From positions 1,532-65,531 of the forward strand of contig JAJYOI010000003.1 in assembly GCA_021796275.1 (NCBI GenBank): a stretch of DNA of 64,000 nt, read 5' to 3'. A program made the translations under genes and the position numbers. Positions 11,201 through 20,365 of this stretch are shown here, piece by piece. The notes beneath the pieces were generated by a model, which was not told the DNA's origin, searched no databases, and saw only the letters and a program-made list of their open reading frames with translations. This stretch comes from Bacteroidota bacterium (lineage in GTDB: Bacteria; Bacteroidota; Ignavibacteria; UBA10030; UBA8401). Within the stretch, counting starts at the first letter, position 1. Each line of letters opens with the position of its first letter.

Positions 11201-11766
11201 TCAAGGTCGGCGTTGGGAACATCCTGACGCAGGTAGCCGGGCCACACATATTGCCCTTTCGACGGATTGTACCAACTCGAGGGCCAGCTATCCGGCTTGC
11301 CGTCACGCGGACTAATATCAGGTGCACCGCTTGATGCCATCACAGGCGATGAAGGATCAGCATAATCGGGCAACGGTTCCCATCCGTAAATGACCGAGTT
11401 GTCGTTCTGATCCACATCTTTTGCGTACACATCATTCACAGCATCGGAAGAGATCGCGACAACCTTGCCGCTTGAATCAATAACTGACGCCGCAACAAGT
11501 GGGCAAAACTGATAGATGTCGCCTAAGCCGTGCCAAACCATATTATTGACGTGGCGCAGAAGTCCGAGCCCCGGTGCAATGCCGCCGTAATTATAAATAT
11601 TTCCGACAATTTGGTTTCCGTTCATCAGGAAGTATTTCCTGTCGGCAGCGCTCGCCTGCTTATTAAACCATGCCGGAATATCCGCTTTCGTCAATCGCTG
11701 CTGCTGCGCAGTGAGGATTGCTGTGCAGCTTATCATAATGAGAATAATTCGACCGTACACTTTCAT
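8221..11766 (-). CDS. Large secreted protein with Asp-rich Ca-binding repeats and a T9SS C-terminal domain; candidate PorU-like T9SS C-terminal signal peptidase
   Basis: 1181 aa, signal peptide. IDNDGDGMIDE / DDDHDW / DGVPDTHDPGEGDG repeats. C-terminal ~90 aa match the type-A T9SS sorting domain (…GVYIAHIDAPGVGQRIVKFALIK). The size and the upstream position relative to the PorV-like gene mirror porU-porV operons. The C25 catalytic motifs were not verified. Confidence 0.45.
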   Translation of the reverse strand: MKVYGRIILIMISCTAILTAQQQRLTKADIPAWFNKQASAADRKYFLMNGNQIVGNIYNYGGIAPGLGLLRHVNNMVWHGLGDIYQFCPLVAASVIDSSGKVVAISSDAVNDVYAKDVDQNDNSVIYGWEPLPDYADPSSPVMASSGAPDISPRDGKPDSWPSSWYNPSKGQYVWPGYLRQDVPNADLEVLWGMDDRDNSEFAYFPFYKDTVASDGRHLRGLGVKVEGRALQWSNALAQNTIFFVYTVQNYSTRDLDTVYFGMYGDVDVGGGYPINTAESQDDLGFFISPLDTVDRLTGKPVAVFSRSLVYFWDNDGVGNYGLRTHYDACKFLESPGNPNDGIDNDGDGMIDESQTNGIDDDHDWKATNDDVGIDGVPDTHDPGEGDGVPTAGIRLPDGTLDPLHPGEPNFELTDLDESDQIGLTAFRSWTWGADPVNNLSTDSLVWQHLEEGFYNTIPQVTDISFLYGSGKISLKKRDTDGSIKRFSIALLMGENKDDILLTAQTVQVIYNQNYQFIRPPDKPIVTAVAGDRKATLYWDSEAENSVDPIQGKDFEGYVIYRSTDPQFSDINQITDGKGTSLLAQPLQDSKGRDAKWDIATRPEPFADSGSAGAVYDNTIKKWYKDLNGNGKWDASVDDYWKGYAPKAYDGRGVSYYLGDNTGLVHSYVDSNNVINGQTYYYAVVSYDHGDSVQYPPSECTKRISIDPITSRMTFDVNTVAVIPGPRSSGYTPPGFASAEGADHIQGSATGRITLQILNDMAISGDAQYGITFADSLQTDTKKIAAVNYSVLRLDPVTSQVYLFDTNYVKIGRTNVSVDSFFVVSDAQSNQVFAMNTDYVLDPVRGLLRKTGSGAMKNKTGPFNVTYRFFGQPPSTLINNEEANPVFDGIKVFAQNQPLALDTINSTWVNDNNKTIDYHVGLPTIGTIKVAPFDVQIFFYSSDTLANGMYAYGDTLPNTINKPVITPFHIVNVTKDSIRANIKITARILESKPTVVKGAKDGRWDFGEPIIFVTPPPYGSGNNTMYQVTFSAKDSLNKKFGGEIFRIVTQQPFTSKDVYQFQTVAAKFDAAKASGTLDRIKVVPNPYVAVNDIEPTDRLPGTTRGSRRIYFEHLPPRATIRIFTLSGELVRTLEHDSGIDNGREYWDLLNRDNLGVAYGVYIAHIDAPGVGQRIVKFALIK

Positions 11767-11794
11767 ACAATGTTCACCTTACGTCATGAATGAA

Positions 11795-14464
11795 TTAAAA
11801 AGTGATGGATGCGCCGACCTGTACTTCACGAGGCGGCGAATAATACGCAGGGTTATTGAAGTAATCGCTTGTTCCATGAATGCCGGGAACAACACCGACA
11901 TGCGCATCTACGTTTGCACCTTCACCGCGCGATGGCGCTAGAGTGTATGTTGCACGCCCTGTGTCGTCGTACACGAGCACTTCGTTGAGCGTATCAAAAA
12001 GATTGTAGACCTTCAAAAAAACAGTGTACGTCAAACCGGCAAATTGGAAATGTTTTTCCGCAACCAGATCAACTGTGGACTGCATCGGCTTCCTGGCGGA
12101 ATTGCGTTTGAGCACTACTTGGTTATCCGCGACAAACGGAGTGTACGGGAGACCGGCGCCGACTTTTCCGATAACACTGACGTTCCAATTTTGCGATTTA
12201 CCAAGCGTGAGCGTCGTGTTTAATGTGTGCGTCTGATCCCAATCAAGGAACACAACAACCTTTTCGCTTTCACGCCCGGATGATTGATCAATGAAGAATG
12301 CATCCGCGCTCACATCGTTGCCTTCGGCAACCTGAAATGTGTAATCAATCGTCAACGAAAGAAGATCGGAAGCAAGCCGCCGCTTCTCAAGTCTGAACGT
12401 GATGCCTTTAATATTTCCGTAATCTTGGTTGACATACATATTGAACGTCGTATCTCCGCTGATGCGGATTGTCTGCACGGCGAAAAGATCGCGCACATCT
12501 TTGTAAAAGCCGGTAACGTTCATGACAAGGTTATCGGTCAGTTGCTGCTGCAAGCCGAATTCGTACGTCACCGTCTTTTGCGGATCGAGGTTTGCATTGC
12601 CGAATGTTGTGGACGTTACATCCACACCGAATTTGAAGTTCGGATTTTCATACAACCGCCGAAGCTGCGGCATTTGGTAAAAATGCCCGTACGAAAAATG
12701 AATAATGCCGCGGTCGGTGATCGGGTACGAAATGCCGATGCGCGGACTTAACGTTTGCTTCGCCAGCGCGTCAACTTGTGCACCGCGCGGATAAAAAATA
12801 TTCGCCGGATACTTGGCATTCGCTTTAAAATAATCATATCGCAAACCGAGATTCAAAACGATATTTTGGTACTCCATCTTGTCCTGAAGATAGCCGGCGT
12901 ACTGCTTTGGAAATCGTGCGTAGCTGTTGATGCGTGAATCGTTTACCTGAGGATAAACGGGATGAAGATTAGTAACCAGATCGCGCAGCACAGTGCCGGA
13001 AAACTGCCGCATCTGCGGAAATACCGCCTCAACGCCGGCTTTCATTTCATTGCGTGCGGAAAGCTCCGATACAATATCGCCCTTCATCTGATACATCTCA
13101 GCAGTCTGCTCGAAACGCCCGTTAAGCGTTCCGCCTAAATAAAATCCGCCGCCCGACATGCCGGTCTGCAAATCTTCCGTCGGTGCATAATGAATGGAAT
13201 CCATATCCTTGTACCGGTATTGTTCATAATCGTACCGGCTGTACGACCCGCGGATTTTAATGTAGGTCTTCGTGTCGAACCAATCGGTGTATTCTATCGT
13301 ATGAAAAACATCATTCTCGTAATTGTTGTAGGTGCCATCCGGATTATATTTGAACGCATGATTGTAGCCGCGGTAACGATCCTGATTGAACACGAAATCA
13401 TAACTCAATTTTCGTGTTGAGCTCAAATTGAATGTCACACGATTGCTCGCGCTGATCGAATTGTCGGGATTCATCGGAACAAGTGCACCGTCTCCCGTCA
13501 TCGGCACAATCCAGTTTGTGTCGTTCGTGAAGTCGGGTCTATCCCACACTGAATGTTCGCGCACGCCGTAAAGCCAGCCGCGGTCAATTTCCGAACGCGC
13601 AGAAGCAAAGAAAGTCACCGATCCGTTCGTCAGCGGAATTGGTCCTCCAACCGATCCTTCGGTAATATAATTGCTCAGCGGATCGATCTTATCCACGTTC
13701 AAAAAAATGTTGTTGTGTGAACTGACTCTGTCTCCTGTGTAAAAAGTAATCTGGCCGTTGTACGTTTCCCCGCCTTCTTTCAAGCCTGTTTCCACCACGC
13801 CGCTCAACGCGTTGCCGTATTCAGCATTGAATGTTCCCTGCACGACCGATAATTCCTGAATTGCATTCGTTGCAATGGTGATGCTGTTCGTATTGGTGAA
13901 CGGATTATTGATGGAAACGCCGTTCACCGTGTAAGAAACCTCATCCGCTCTGCCGCCGCGGAAATGAAGCGCCCCGCCCGCATCGGCAATCACGCCGGCC
14001 TGAGTGGAAAGAATCGCCGTTACATTTTCGACAGGAAGCGCTTTGATCTGCGAGGCATCAACCGAAACCTGTGACGAAGTGAGATCGGTTCGCACCAGCG
14101 GACGCTCGGCGTGAACAACGACAGCTTCAAGATTTACCGCTTCGGAAGAAAGCTTCACATCAATGCGCGTAGTGAAGTCGGTGTTGACCTGCACGCCTTC
14201 AAAAATGTACTTCCGATAACCGACACTGGAAATATTCAGCGTATAGGTACCGGGACCGACGTTTGCAATGACATACATACCGCCAATATCAGACGCGGCG
14301 CCGGTTTTCGTTCCGGCAATGAGAACGGTTGCGCCCGCGATCGGTTCGCCGGTTTTTTCATCAGTGATTGTTCCGGAAATTTTTCCCGTTGTGCCGGAAT
14401 AAAGGGAAGAAACAAAAAGAAGGGTCAGCAGAATTATCGTACATCGGCAGTACCAATGAGCCAT
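11795..14464 (-). CDS. TonB-dependent outer-membrane receptor with N-terminal carboxypeptidase-regulatory-like domain
   Basis: 889 aa, signal peptide. CarbopepD_reg-like GKISGTITDEKTGEPIAGATV…, plug-like region, long beta-barrel. Terminal …VQVGASITF. Confidence 0.7.
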   Translation of the reverse strand: MAHWYCRCTIILLTLLFVSSLYSGTTGKISGTITDEKTGEPIAGATVLIAGTKTGAASDIGGMYVIANVGPGTYTLNISSVGYRKYIFEGVQVNTDFTTRIDVKLSSEAVNLEAVVVHAERPLVRTDLTSSQVSVDASQIKALPVENVTAILSTQAGVIADAGGALHFRGGRADEVSYTVNGVSINNPFTNTNSITIATNAIQELSVVQGTFNAEYGNALSGVVETGLKEGGETYNGQITFYTGDRVSSHNNIFLNVDKIDPLSNYITEGSVGGPIPLTNGSVTFFASARSEIDRGWLYGVREHSVWDRPDFTNDTNWIVPMTGDGALVPMNPDNSISASNRVTFNLSSTRKLSYDFVFNQDRYRGYNHAFKYNPDGTYNNYENDVFHTIEYTDWFDTKTYIKIRGSYSRYDYEQYRYKDMDSIHYAPTEDLQTGMSGGGFYLGGTLNGRFEQTAEMYQMKGDIVSELSARNEMKAGVEAVFPQMRQFSGTVLRDLVTNLHPVYPQVNDSRINSYARFPKQYAGYLQDKMEYQNIVLNLGLRYDYFKANAKYPANIFYPRGAQVDALAKQTLSPRIGISYPITDRGIIHFSYGHFYQMPQLRRLYENPNFKFGVDVTSTTFGNANLDPQKTVTYEFGLQQQLTDNLVMNVTGFYKDVRDLFAVQTIRISGDTTFNMYVNQDYGNIKGITFRLEKRRLASDLLSLTIDYTFQVAEGNDVSADAFFIDQSSGRESEKVVVFLDWDQTHTLNTTLTLGKSQNWNVSVIGKVGAGLPYTPFVADNQVVLKRNSARKPMQSTVDLVAEKHFQFAGLTYTVFLKVYNLFDTLNEVLVYDDTGRATYTLAPSRGEGANVDAHVGVVPGIHGTSDYFNNPAYYSPPREVQVGASITF

Positions 14465-14599
14465 GGATCATCTCCAATTCTTGTGAGAAGACAGAGAGAG
14501 CTGAGTAGTTGAATGACTGCGACTTGTCCGCCTTTGGCGGAAATGTTCCGAAGGAGTCCCTTCGGGACTTATGAGAAGATCAGTTGATTTGCCGCTGAA

Positions 14600-14628
14600 A
14601 ATATACAGAGAGAGTTTGTGGATGTCAA
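14600..14628 (-). promoter_or_regulatory. Sigma70-like promoter (TTGACA-17 bp-TATATT) driving the TonB-dependent receptor through a ~128-nt structured leader
   Basis: Minus-strand read: TTGACA (14628..14623), 17 bp, TATATT (14605..14600). The leader contains hairpins AGTCCCgaaGGGACT and TCCGCCaaaGGCGGA. RBS GGAGA lies 7 nt before the ATG at 14464. Confidence 0.45.
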
Positions 14629-14646
14629 GACCTGAAAGATGAAATA

Positions 14647-14958
14647 TCATTTCTTTTCGATAACAGCAACCTGGCCAGTCCAATGAGCCACTCTTGCTCG
14701 TATCACTTCCTTTTTCATGTTGTGTTCAATGCCGTCGAGAATAACTTTTTCTTTTCCAAAGGTATTACCAAGAACGTAAGCGAAACCAGCTCCGACTACT
14801 GTGCCGATGAGAACACCATCCCAGCGAACATGGTCGGTGCGATCAGGATCGAGAATATTGTCGTTTCCCGTTGCTCCGATTATTCCTCCCATCAGTGTCA
14901 GCATTAACAACGCCGGATTGTAATTATAAGTGAGACTATGAATGCTGTCAATGTGCAT
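14647..14958 (-). CDS. Small glycine-zipper membrane protein
   Basis: 103 aa. LMLTLMGGIIGATGN glycine-zipper segment. Confidence 0.35.
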   Translation of the reverse strand: MHIDSIHSLTYNYNPALLMLTLMGGIIGATGNDNILDPDRTDHVRWDGVLIGTVVGAGFAYVLGNTFGKEKVILDGIEHNMKKEVIRARVAHWTGQVAVIEKK

Positions 14959-15157
14959 CCATTACATATTTCTTTTCGAATCGGAGCAGCCGACAGAATC
15001 GTTGCGAACAGTGTCAGGATGCACTTCGCTAAATGTGGTTCCGTTAAAACATGCAACTGTCCAGTTGTAATGCTGAGAGTAAGTTGTTGTAGGTAGAACT
15101 AAAAAAAGAATTACAACCGTATAAAGTGCTCTCATCTCTTTTGAAATGATTGGACGT

Positions 15158-15628
15158 TCAATTATGAAATAATCCGCTTAATAATTTTCTTTTCTCTTCA
15201 GTATTCATTTTTTCAATCTGATACTTAGTGTCCGTTCCTTGCGCAGACCCAAGCAGGCCGCCTATTGTACCACCTACGACTATTCCTAGACCAGTTAACG
15301 ACAAACGTCCAAATTGCGAGAGCGGATCGTTTGATCCCTGCAAAGTTGTATTAAAGAATACTCCTCCGACAACAGCGCCAATCAGGAATCCAATTCCAAA
15401 TTTCGATGTATTCCTTTTCACAAGATACTTAACGGAATCCTGATGAAGCACAATCGCCCGGTCCATAAATTTCAGATACAATGAATCCGACTCGTACTTG
15501 TCCACTGTGATATTGACAAATGGCTGATTGGAAACTGAGTATATATCCCACAACTGGGGTTGAGCAAAAATTCTCTGTTGGAAAAAAATGCTGATCGAAA
15601 TAAGAAAAAGAACAAGTCCGTATTTCAT
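15158..15628 (-). CDS. Hypothetical secreted/membrane protein with glycine-zipper segments
   Basis: 156 aa, signal peptide, GFLIGAVVGGVFF and GLGIVVGGTIGGLLG. Confidence 0.35.
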   Translation of the reverse strand: MKYGLVLFLISISIFFQQRIFAQPQLWDIYSVSNQPFVNITVDKYESDSLYLKFMDRAIVLHQDSVKYLVKRNTSKFGIGFLIGAVVGGVFFNTTLQGSNDPLSQFGRLSLTGLGIVVGGTIGGLLGSAQGTDTKYQIEKMNTEEKRKLLSGLFHN

Positions 15629-15649
15629 AAAAACAATCCTCCATACTTC

Positions 15650-16450
15650 TCAGTACGGAAACTTCTTATCCATCTTCGCCTTTGCCAACTCAACAACAAA
15701 TTGTGCAAGCCGCTCAACAACAATGCTGAGATATTGCTCTCCTTTTCTTACCGACGCTTTCCGCGGGTCGCCGTGCGTGGAATCTTTCGTGACAAGATGC
15801 CACGGACGCGCCACAGAAGCCCAACCGCGATTGATCGCTTCAAAGCGGGAAGGATTTGTCGAACCGTCGCTTGCATCACCAAGATGCACAAGTTCGCCGA
15901 ACAGCGCCATATCAACACTCGTTTCAAGCTCATCGGCGTGCTCGCCGGGATTCTCAAAAATTTCTTTGATCCTGTCGTTCCCCGCTTTCCACCAATCAAT
16001 CAAACACGCAAACACTTTCGTCTTCGGATAAATATCCCGCAGCAACGGCTTGAAATCATTTCCGCCGTGGCCGTTCACAATAATAAGTTTGAAGATGTCG
16101 TGGTATTCGAGGGCCCGAATAATGTCCATCACCATTTCATCCAGCGTTGCCTGGCGAACATTAAGATTCATCGGAAAGCCCATTGTGTTTCCCTGAACAC
16201 CGTACGGGATTGTTGGCAGCAGCAGCGGGCGCGCGCCTTTTTTCCACGCCTCCGCGCAGACGCGATCGGCAATTGCGGCGGCATGAAATGCATCCGAGCC
16301 GTACGGCACATGCATTCCGTGCGCTTCCGTCGAGCCGATTGGCAGCAATGCAACGGTGTATTGATTCTGGCGGAGAATTTTTTGTGTAAGCGTTTGCAAA
16401 CGCCATGGCTGGTAACTTGGCGCGGTGAATTGTGCTTTCGTGTCTGTCAT
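15650..16450 (-). CDS. Creatininase-family amidohydrolase
   Basis: LLPIGSTEAHGMHVPYGSD motif. 266 aa. Confidence 0.75.
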   Translation of the reverse strand: MTDTKAQFTAPSYQPWRLQTLTQKILRQNQYTVALLPIGSTEAHGMHVPYGSDAFHAAAIADRVCAEAWKKGARPLLLPTIPYGVQGNTMGFPMNLNVRQATLDEMVMDIIRALEYHDIFKLIIVNGHGGNDFKPLLRDIYPKTKVFACLIDWWKAGNDRIKEIFENPGEHADELETSVDMALFGELVHLGDASDGSTNPSRFEAINRGWASVARPWHLVTKDSTHGDPRKASVRKGEQYLSIVVERLAQFVVELAKAKMDKKFPY

Positions 16451-16929
16451 AATTTATATCCGATCGTTCGTAAAAAGTTTTTTCGTGTTTGAATATCTGT
16501 TTCTGTTTCAATGCCTTTCGTTCTCATGCCGTCAATCACACCCATGATGCCGCGCCCTTGTTCGGTTTCGGCAACGATGACTTCCACCGGATTCGCCGTC
16601 GCGCAATAAATGCGACACACCTCGGAAACATTTTTGATCGCGTTCAGAATGTTCACCGGAAATCCGTTTTCCATAAATATAATGAAAGCATGTCCGCAGG
16701 AAAGATTCATCGCGTTCTTTTTTGCCAGCGCGATCATCGCATCGTCATTGCCGCTCCAGCGCACAAGCGCCGGGCCGGATGATTCGCAGAAGCCAATTCC
16801 GAATTTGATTGCGCTGTTTGTTTGTACAATCGCTTCATGAATATCTTCCACCGTTTTAATAAAATGCGATTGTCCGAGAATGAAATTCATGTCGGCCGGT
16901 TTTTCAATGTGTAGTGTAAGAAGCTGCAT
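16447..16929 (-). CDS. Small conserved protein resembling the adenosine-specific-kinase-like family (PF04008-like)
   Basis: 160 aa. LGQSHFIKTVEDIHEAIV…IKFGIGFCESSGPALVRWSGND pattern recalled from that family. Start/stop overlaps the creatininase gene. Confidence 0.4.
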   Translation of the reverse strand: MQLLTLHIEKPADMNFILGQSHFIKTVEDIHEAIVQTNSAIKFGIGFCESSGPALVRWSGNDDAMIALAKKNAMNLSCGHAFIIFMENGFPVNILNAIKNVSEVCRIYCATANPVEVIVAETEQGRGIMGVIDGMRTKGIETETDIQTRKNFLRTIGYKL

Positions 16930-16950
16930 ACATTTTATCCTTTCGTCAAC

Positions 16951-18003
16951 CTACCCTTTCACTTGTAATTTTACTTTCAAGAATTGAATCCACTTATCAA
17001 ATTCGTAGATGTCCGCTTTGGGTCCGTAATAATGTGAAAGCAGAGAACATGCAGCGACATTCGCGGCAAGATTGTTGGAATTTTCGAGAAGGTAAAGCAA
17101 ATCCACCGTTATCTGTTCCGGCTGCTGCTTCCATAACTGTGACATGACGGCATGAACTTGATGTACTGAAAGTCTCGGGTCCTGCATCAGCTTCACCAAT
17201 TGAGGACCCGACACCTCGGTAACAATCGTTGTGTCGCTGCCTAAAATAATTGGAGCATACTCTCCGCCGGTCGAATATTCCGGTGAACGCAGTACCGCGT
17301 ACTGTAATTTTGTATTGAAAAGATTCTTCTCAATCGAAGACGGCGCTGAAAGCGGCACAGCTTCTTCTTTTTCTCCGCCGCGTTTTGAAATATTCTGCAA
17401 TTGTGTAAAAGCCGTACGCGAGCCTCGCCGTGCCGCCGAATCTAATGAATAAATTTCGTTCAATCCTTTAAAATACGTCATAAGTTCGTTGTTGCGCTGT
17501 GTCAGTTTTATTTCAACGGTTCGCTGCAGCACCGCAAGCGCAGAATCCATTCGAAACGCGTATCGTTCCACTTCAGAGCCTGTAAACATTTTCATTTCGC
17601 TCATGCGTTCGTCAAGCGTTTGTTTCTGTGAAGTGCTGAACGAGCGAAGCATTCCGAACACGGTTGCTATCGTCATTCCGACAAGAACGACGAACACAGA
17701 AACGAGCATCCAAAAGTACCGGCGGTTTTGGCTGGAAAGAAGCCGAAGTTCGTGCTCGAGCTCCGTCTGCAAATTCGATTTGAATGTTTTGATTTGATAT
17801 TCAATGCCATCGCTTAAATCTTTTCGGATGATTTGAAAAACATCCTTCCCGCCCTCCTCAACAGGAATGTCTTTCATTTCTTCAGGCGCGACTAATGATG
17901 ATGGCTTTTTTACGGGAGAATCGGTTTTTTTTCTCCGTGTTATCGGTTTGCTCTTTGCCATAGTATCACCCATTCGGATTTGTGAAGGAAAAGACCGCCA
18001 CAA
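16951..18003 (-). CDS. Hypothetical single-pass membrane protein
   Basis: 350 aa. Basic N-terminus, one TM helix (FWMLVSVFVVLVGMTIATVFGML), coiled-coil-like C-terminal region. Confidence 0.3.
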   Translation of the reverse strand: MWRSFPSQIRMGDTMAKSKPITRRKKTDSPVKKPSSLVAPEEMKDIPVEEGGKDVFQIIRKDLSDGIEYQIKTFKSNLQTELEHELRLLSSQNRRYFWMLVSVFVVLVGMTIATVFGMLRSFSTSQKQTLDERMSEMKMFTGSEVERYAFRMDSALAVLQRTVEIKLTQRNNELMTYFKGLNEIYSLDSAARRGSRTAFTQLQNISKRGGEKEEAVPLSAPSSIEKNLFNTKLQYAVLRSPEYSTGGEYAPIILGSDTTIVTEVSGPQLVKLMQDPRLSVHQVHAVMSQLWKQQPEQITVDLLYLLENSNNLAANVAACSLLSHYYGPKADIYEFDKWIQFLKVKLQVKG

Positions 18004-18135
18004 AATTGATAAGCTTGCTAAAGAAAAACCGCTTGAAACTTATAGATTGAAACCCGTAAAGTCAAGAGCGTTTTTCGGCAAAGAAAACCTCACTTGCAAC
18101 AGAGAAAAAAACTTTCTATCCTGTGTACGAAAAAT

Positions 18136-18729
18136 ATGAAGCCGAACACACCCACACCGCGTCTTTCTAACTCGCTTGTATTCATGTTTAAAGACGATTT
18201 TTGGTTTTCAAAAGTCTTCGTTGGCGGATTGGTATTCCTTCTCTCCGCCGTTCTTGTTGGAATTTTTCTATTGATCGGCTATCTTATAGAACTGATGAAC
18301 GGGTTTCTTCACGATAATGAAACACTGCCTGAATGGCGTCACAGCGGACGTTTCTTTTCACATGGAATTCGCCTTGTGTTTGCCCTCGCCGTGTACGCTG
18401 TGCCGTTTGCTGCTTTGAATGTTTTGTATCATTCTGCATGGATCATTGCAGGAAGCATCGTTGTTCTTCTCATCGCGTCGCCCGTTTTTGCTGCTCAATA
18501 TGCCTTCCGGTTTTTGCTTCGCGACTGTTTTGACTGGAAATCAATATTGACACTTGTTCTCCGCACGCCACTATTTTTTTTGTGCGGCGTTTTGATCTCG
18601 TACGGAACCGTAGCGTTATCAATTTCACTCGGCTGGATGATGCTCATCATCGGTTGGCCATTCGTCGTTTTTTGGGGAATGCTTGTTCAGTCGCACATGT
18701 TCGCAACGCTGAAAAAGCAGTCGTTATAA
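18136..18729 (+). CDS. Hypothetical polytopic membrane protein
   Basis: About 198 aa from internal ATG 18136 (MKPNTPTP…). Four or more hydrophobic helices. Confidence 0.35.
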   Translation: MKPNTPTPRLSNSLVFMFKDDFWFSKVFVGGLVFLLSAVLVGIFLLIGYLIELMNGFLHDNETLPEWRHSGRFFSHGIRLVFALAVYAVPFAALNVLYHSAWIIAGSIVVLLIASPVFAAQYAFRFLLRDCFDWKSILTLVLRTPLFFLCGVLISYGTVALSISLGWMMLIIGWPFVVFWGMLVQSHMFATLKKQSL

Positions 18730-18754
18730 TTGCTTCGGACCGTTTCCATTTTTT

Positions 18755-19684
18755 GTGTCACTGCCCGACATTCCGGTGCACACCGTGAAAAATTTCTTCA
18801 AAAAACTTTTTGCCGAAACATACTACTACCTTCAGGGCGTTTACGTGCGGTTCATCGAAGACGATATTCTCTTCCTCGCATCGGGAATTGCATTCAACAT
18901 CATTCTCTGCCTTATCCCGCTTCTTCTTCTTTTCTCTTCACTCATCGGCTCGTTGCTGAATTCCACACAAATTGCGACGGCGAACATTCAGGAACTTGTT
19001 GCTAAGGCGCTCCCCAACCGCCCGTACGCGTCGGAAGTCGGCCACTTCGCGGGCCGCATCATTCATGATCTTGTGGCGTTCCGTAAATCGATGGGAATTT
19101 TTGGTGTGATCGTTTTGATTTATACCAGCACTTCGTTATTTAGCGCCGTGCGCAGTGCGCTTCACAGAATTTACCGCATCAATTCGACGCACAGTATTTT
19201 GATTGCGCAAGTAAAAGACATTTTACTTGTACTTGCGCTTGGAATTCTTTTTATCCTGCTGACAGTGCTTCAATGGGTTTACTCTTTCATCAATCAATAC
19301 AGCAGCGAACTTTTCCGGCAAACCGGAGAACCGTTTTTCATCGGGCTTCCGGAATTCATTCCGGCAATCACTACGTTTGCTCTTCTTATTATCATTGCAT
19401 TCATTGCTTACCGCTTCATTCCATTTTACGGCACTACCGTACGTTCATCGCTTGTTGCCGCGCTGACAACAACCATTTTGTGGGAAACTGCGAGTTACCT
19501 TTTCTCGTGGTATTTAGAAACGTTCCACCCTTTTAATGAATTGTACGGAACGTACGCATTCATTCTTGTAACAATGGTGTGGATTTATTATTCAAGCGTT
19601 GTCTTTGTGGTGGGCGGAGCGATTGGCGGGCTGTACCGGGAACGACACGAAGCGGATGATGCTGAGATTATAACGGTAGCGTAA
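18755..19684 (+). CDS. YihY/BrkB-family inner membrane protein
   Basis: 309 aa. FLASGIAFNIILCLIPLLLLFSSL and overall topology typical of the YihY/virulence factor BrkB family. Confidence 0.7.
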   Translation: MSLPDIPVHTVKNFFKKLFAETYYYLQGVYVRFIEDDILFLASGIAFNIILCLIPLLLLFSSLIGSLLNSTQIATANIQELVAKALPNRPYASEVGHFAGRIIHDLVAFRKSMGIFGVIVLIYTSTSLFSAVRSALHRIYRINSTHSILIAQVKDILLVLALGILFILLTVLQWVYSFINQYSSELFRQTGEPFFIGLPEFIPAITTFALLIIIAFIAYRFIPFYGTTVRSSLVAALTTTILWETASYLFSWYLETFHPFNELYGTYAFILVTMVWIYYSSVVFVVGGAIGGLYRERHEADDAEIITVA

Positions 19685-19843
19685 CGATTAGGCAAACCGC
19701 AGTTACAAGCACTTTACATTTGGTCAATCTGAACTTCAACGTTACCTATCCAGTGTGCGAGCGCCGGTTTGCCGTTTGTCATACGCCGCGCAGCCGTCCA
19801 GCATGGTTCAAGTGCTTCGAGGTCGTTCAGCGACGACGTTCAT

Positions 19844-20365
19844 TCAAGTGAAAATAGAGATAATCAACAGCACGATGCAAACGACTGCATACACTCCGGG
19901 TATTAACGTGACAAAAACGCGTGACGAAATCTTCAGCCCCAGTGAATCGATCATTCGGTTCGGCCAGCCTGTGAGTCGCGCTTCGAGTCCCTTCCCGTGT
20001 CGAATTCTCTCCTTTGCTTGAACAAAGGGGCCATTCGGAAGATTCAACGATCCTTCGACTTCTTCGCCGAGTCGTGTATAGAGATCTATGAATATGCTGA
20101 CACGGCTTGCTATCGTAATCCATAGTGAGCTGATTCCTAAGCCACCAAGAGATAGGAGTATCAATACTATCCTGCGAGGGGTAGTTGCTTGTGTGACAAA
20201 TACTGCTGCCCATGCGAGCAAGAGAATGGTGCTCGCGACGAGGAAATTGTTCAATATCGACCAACGTTCTTCTTCAGCATGCACCCAGTGTTGGTGGATG
20301 GCATCGTAGGCGACGATTAACTCACTGCGTTTCTCGGCTGCGGCGTTTTTGGATTGTCTCGGCAT
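19844..20365 (-). CDS. Hypothetical membrane protein (3 predicted TM helices)
   Basis: 173 aa. Cytoplasmic N-terminus, then helices. No known motif. Confidence 0.3.
   Translation of the reverse strand: MPRQSKNAAAEKRSELIVAYDAIHQHWVHAEEERWSILNNFLVASTILLLAWAAVFVTQATTPRRIVLILLSLGGLGISSLWITIASRVSIFIDLYTRLGEEVEGSLNLPNGPFVQAKERIRHGKGLEARLTGWPNRMIDSLGLKISSRVFVTLIPGVYAVVCIVLLIISIFT

Noticed and set aside
14468-14683. 71-aa ORF on the minus strand
   Set aside because: Lies within the promoter and structured 5' leader of the TonB-dependent receptor gene.
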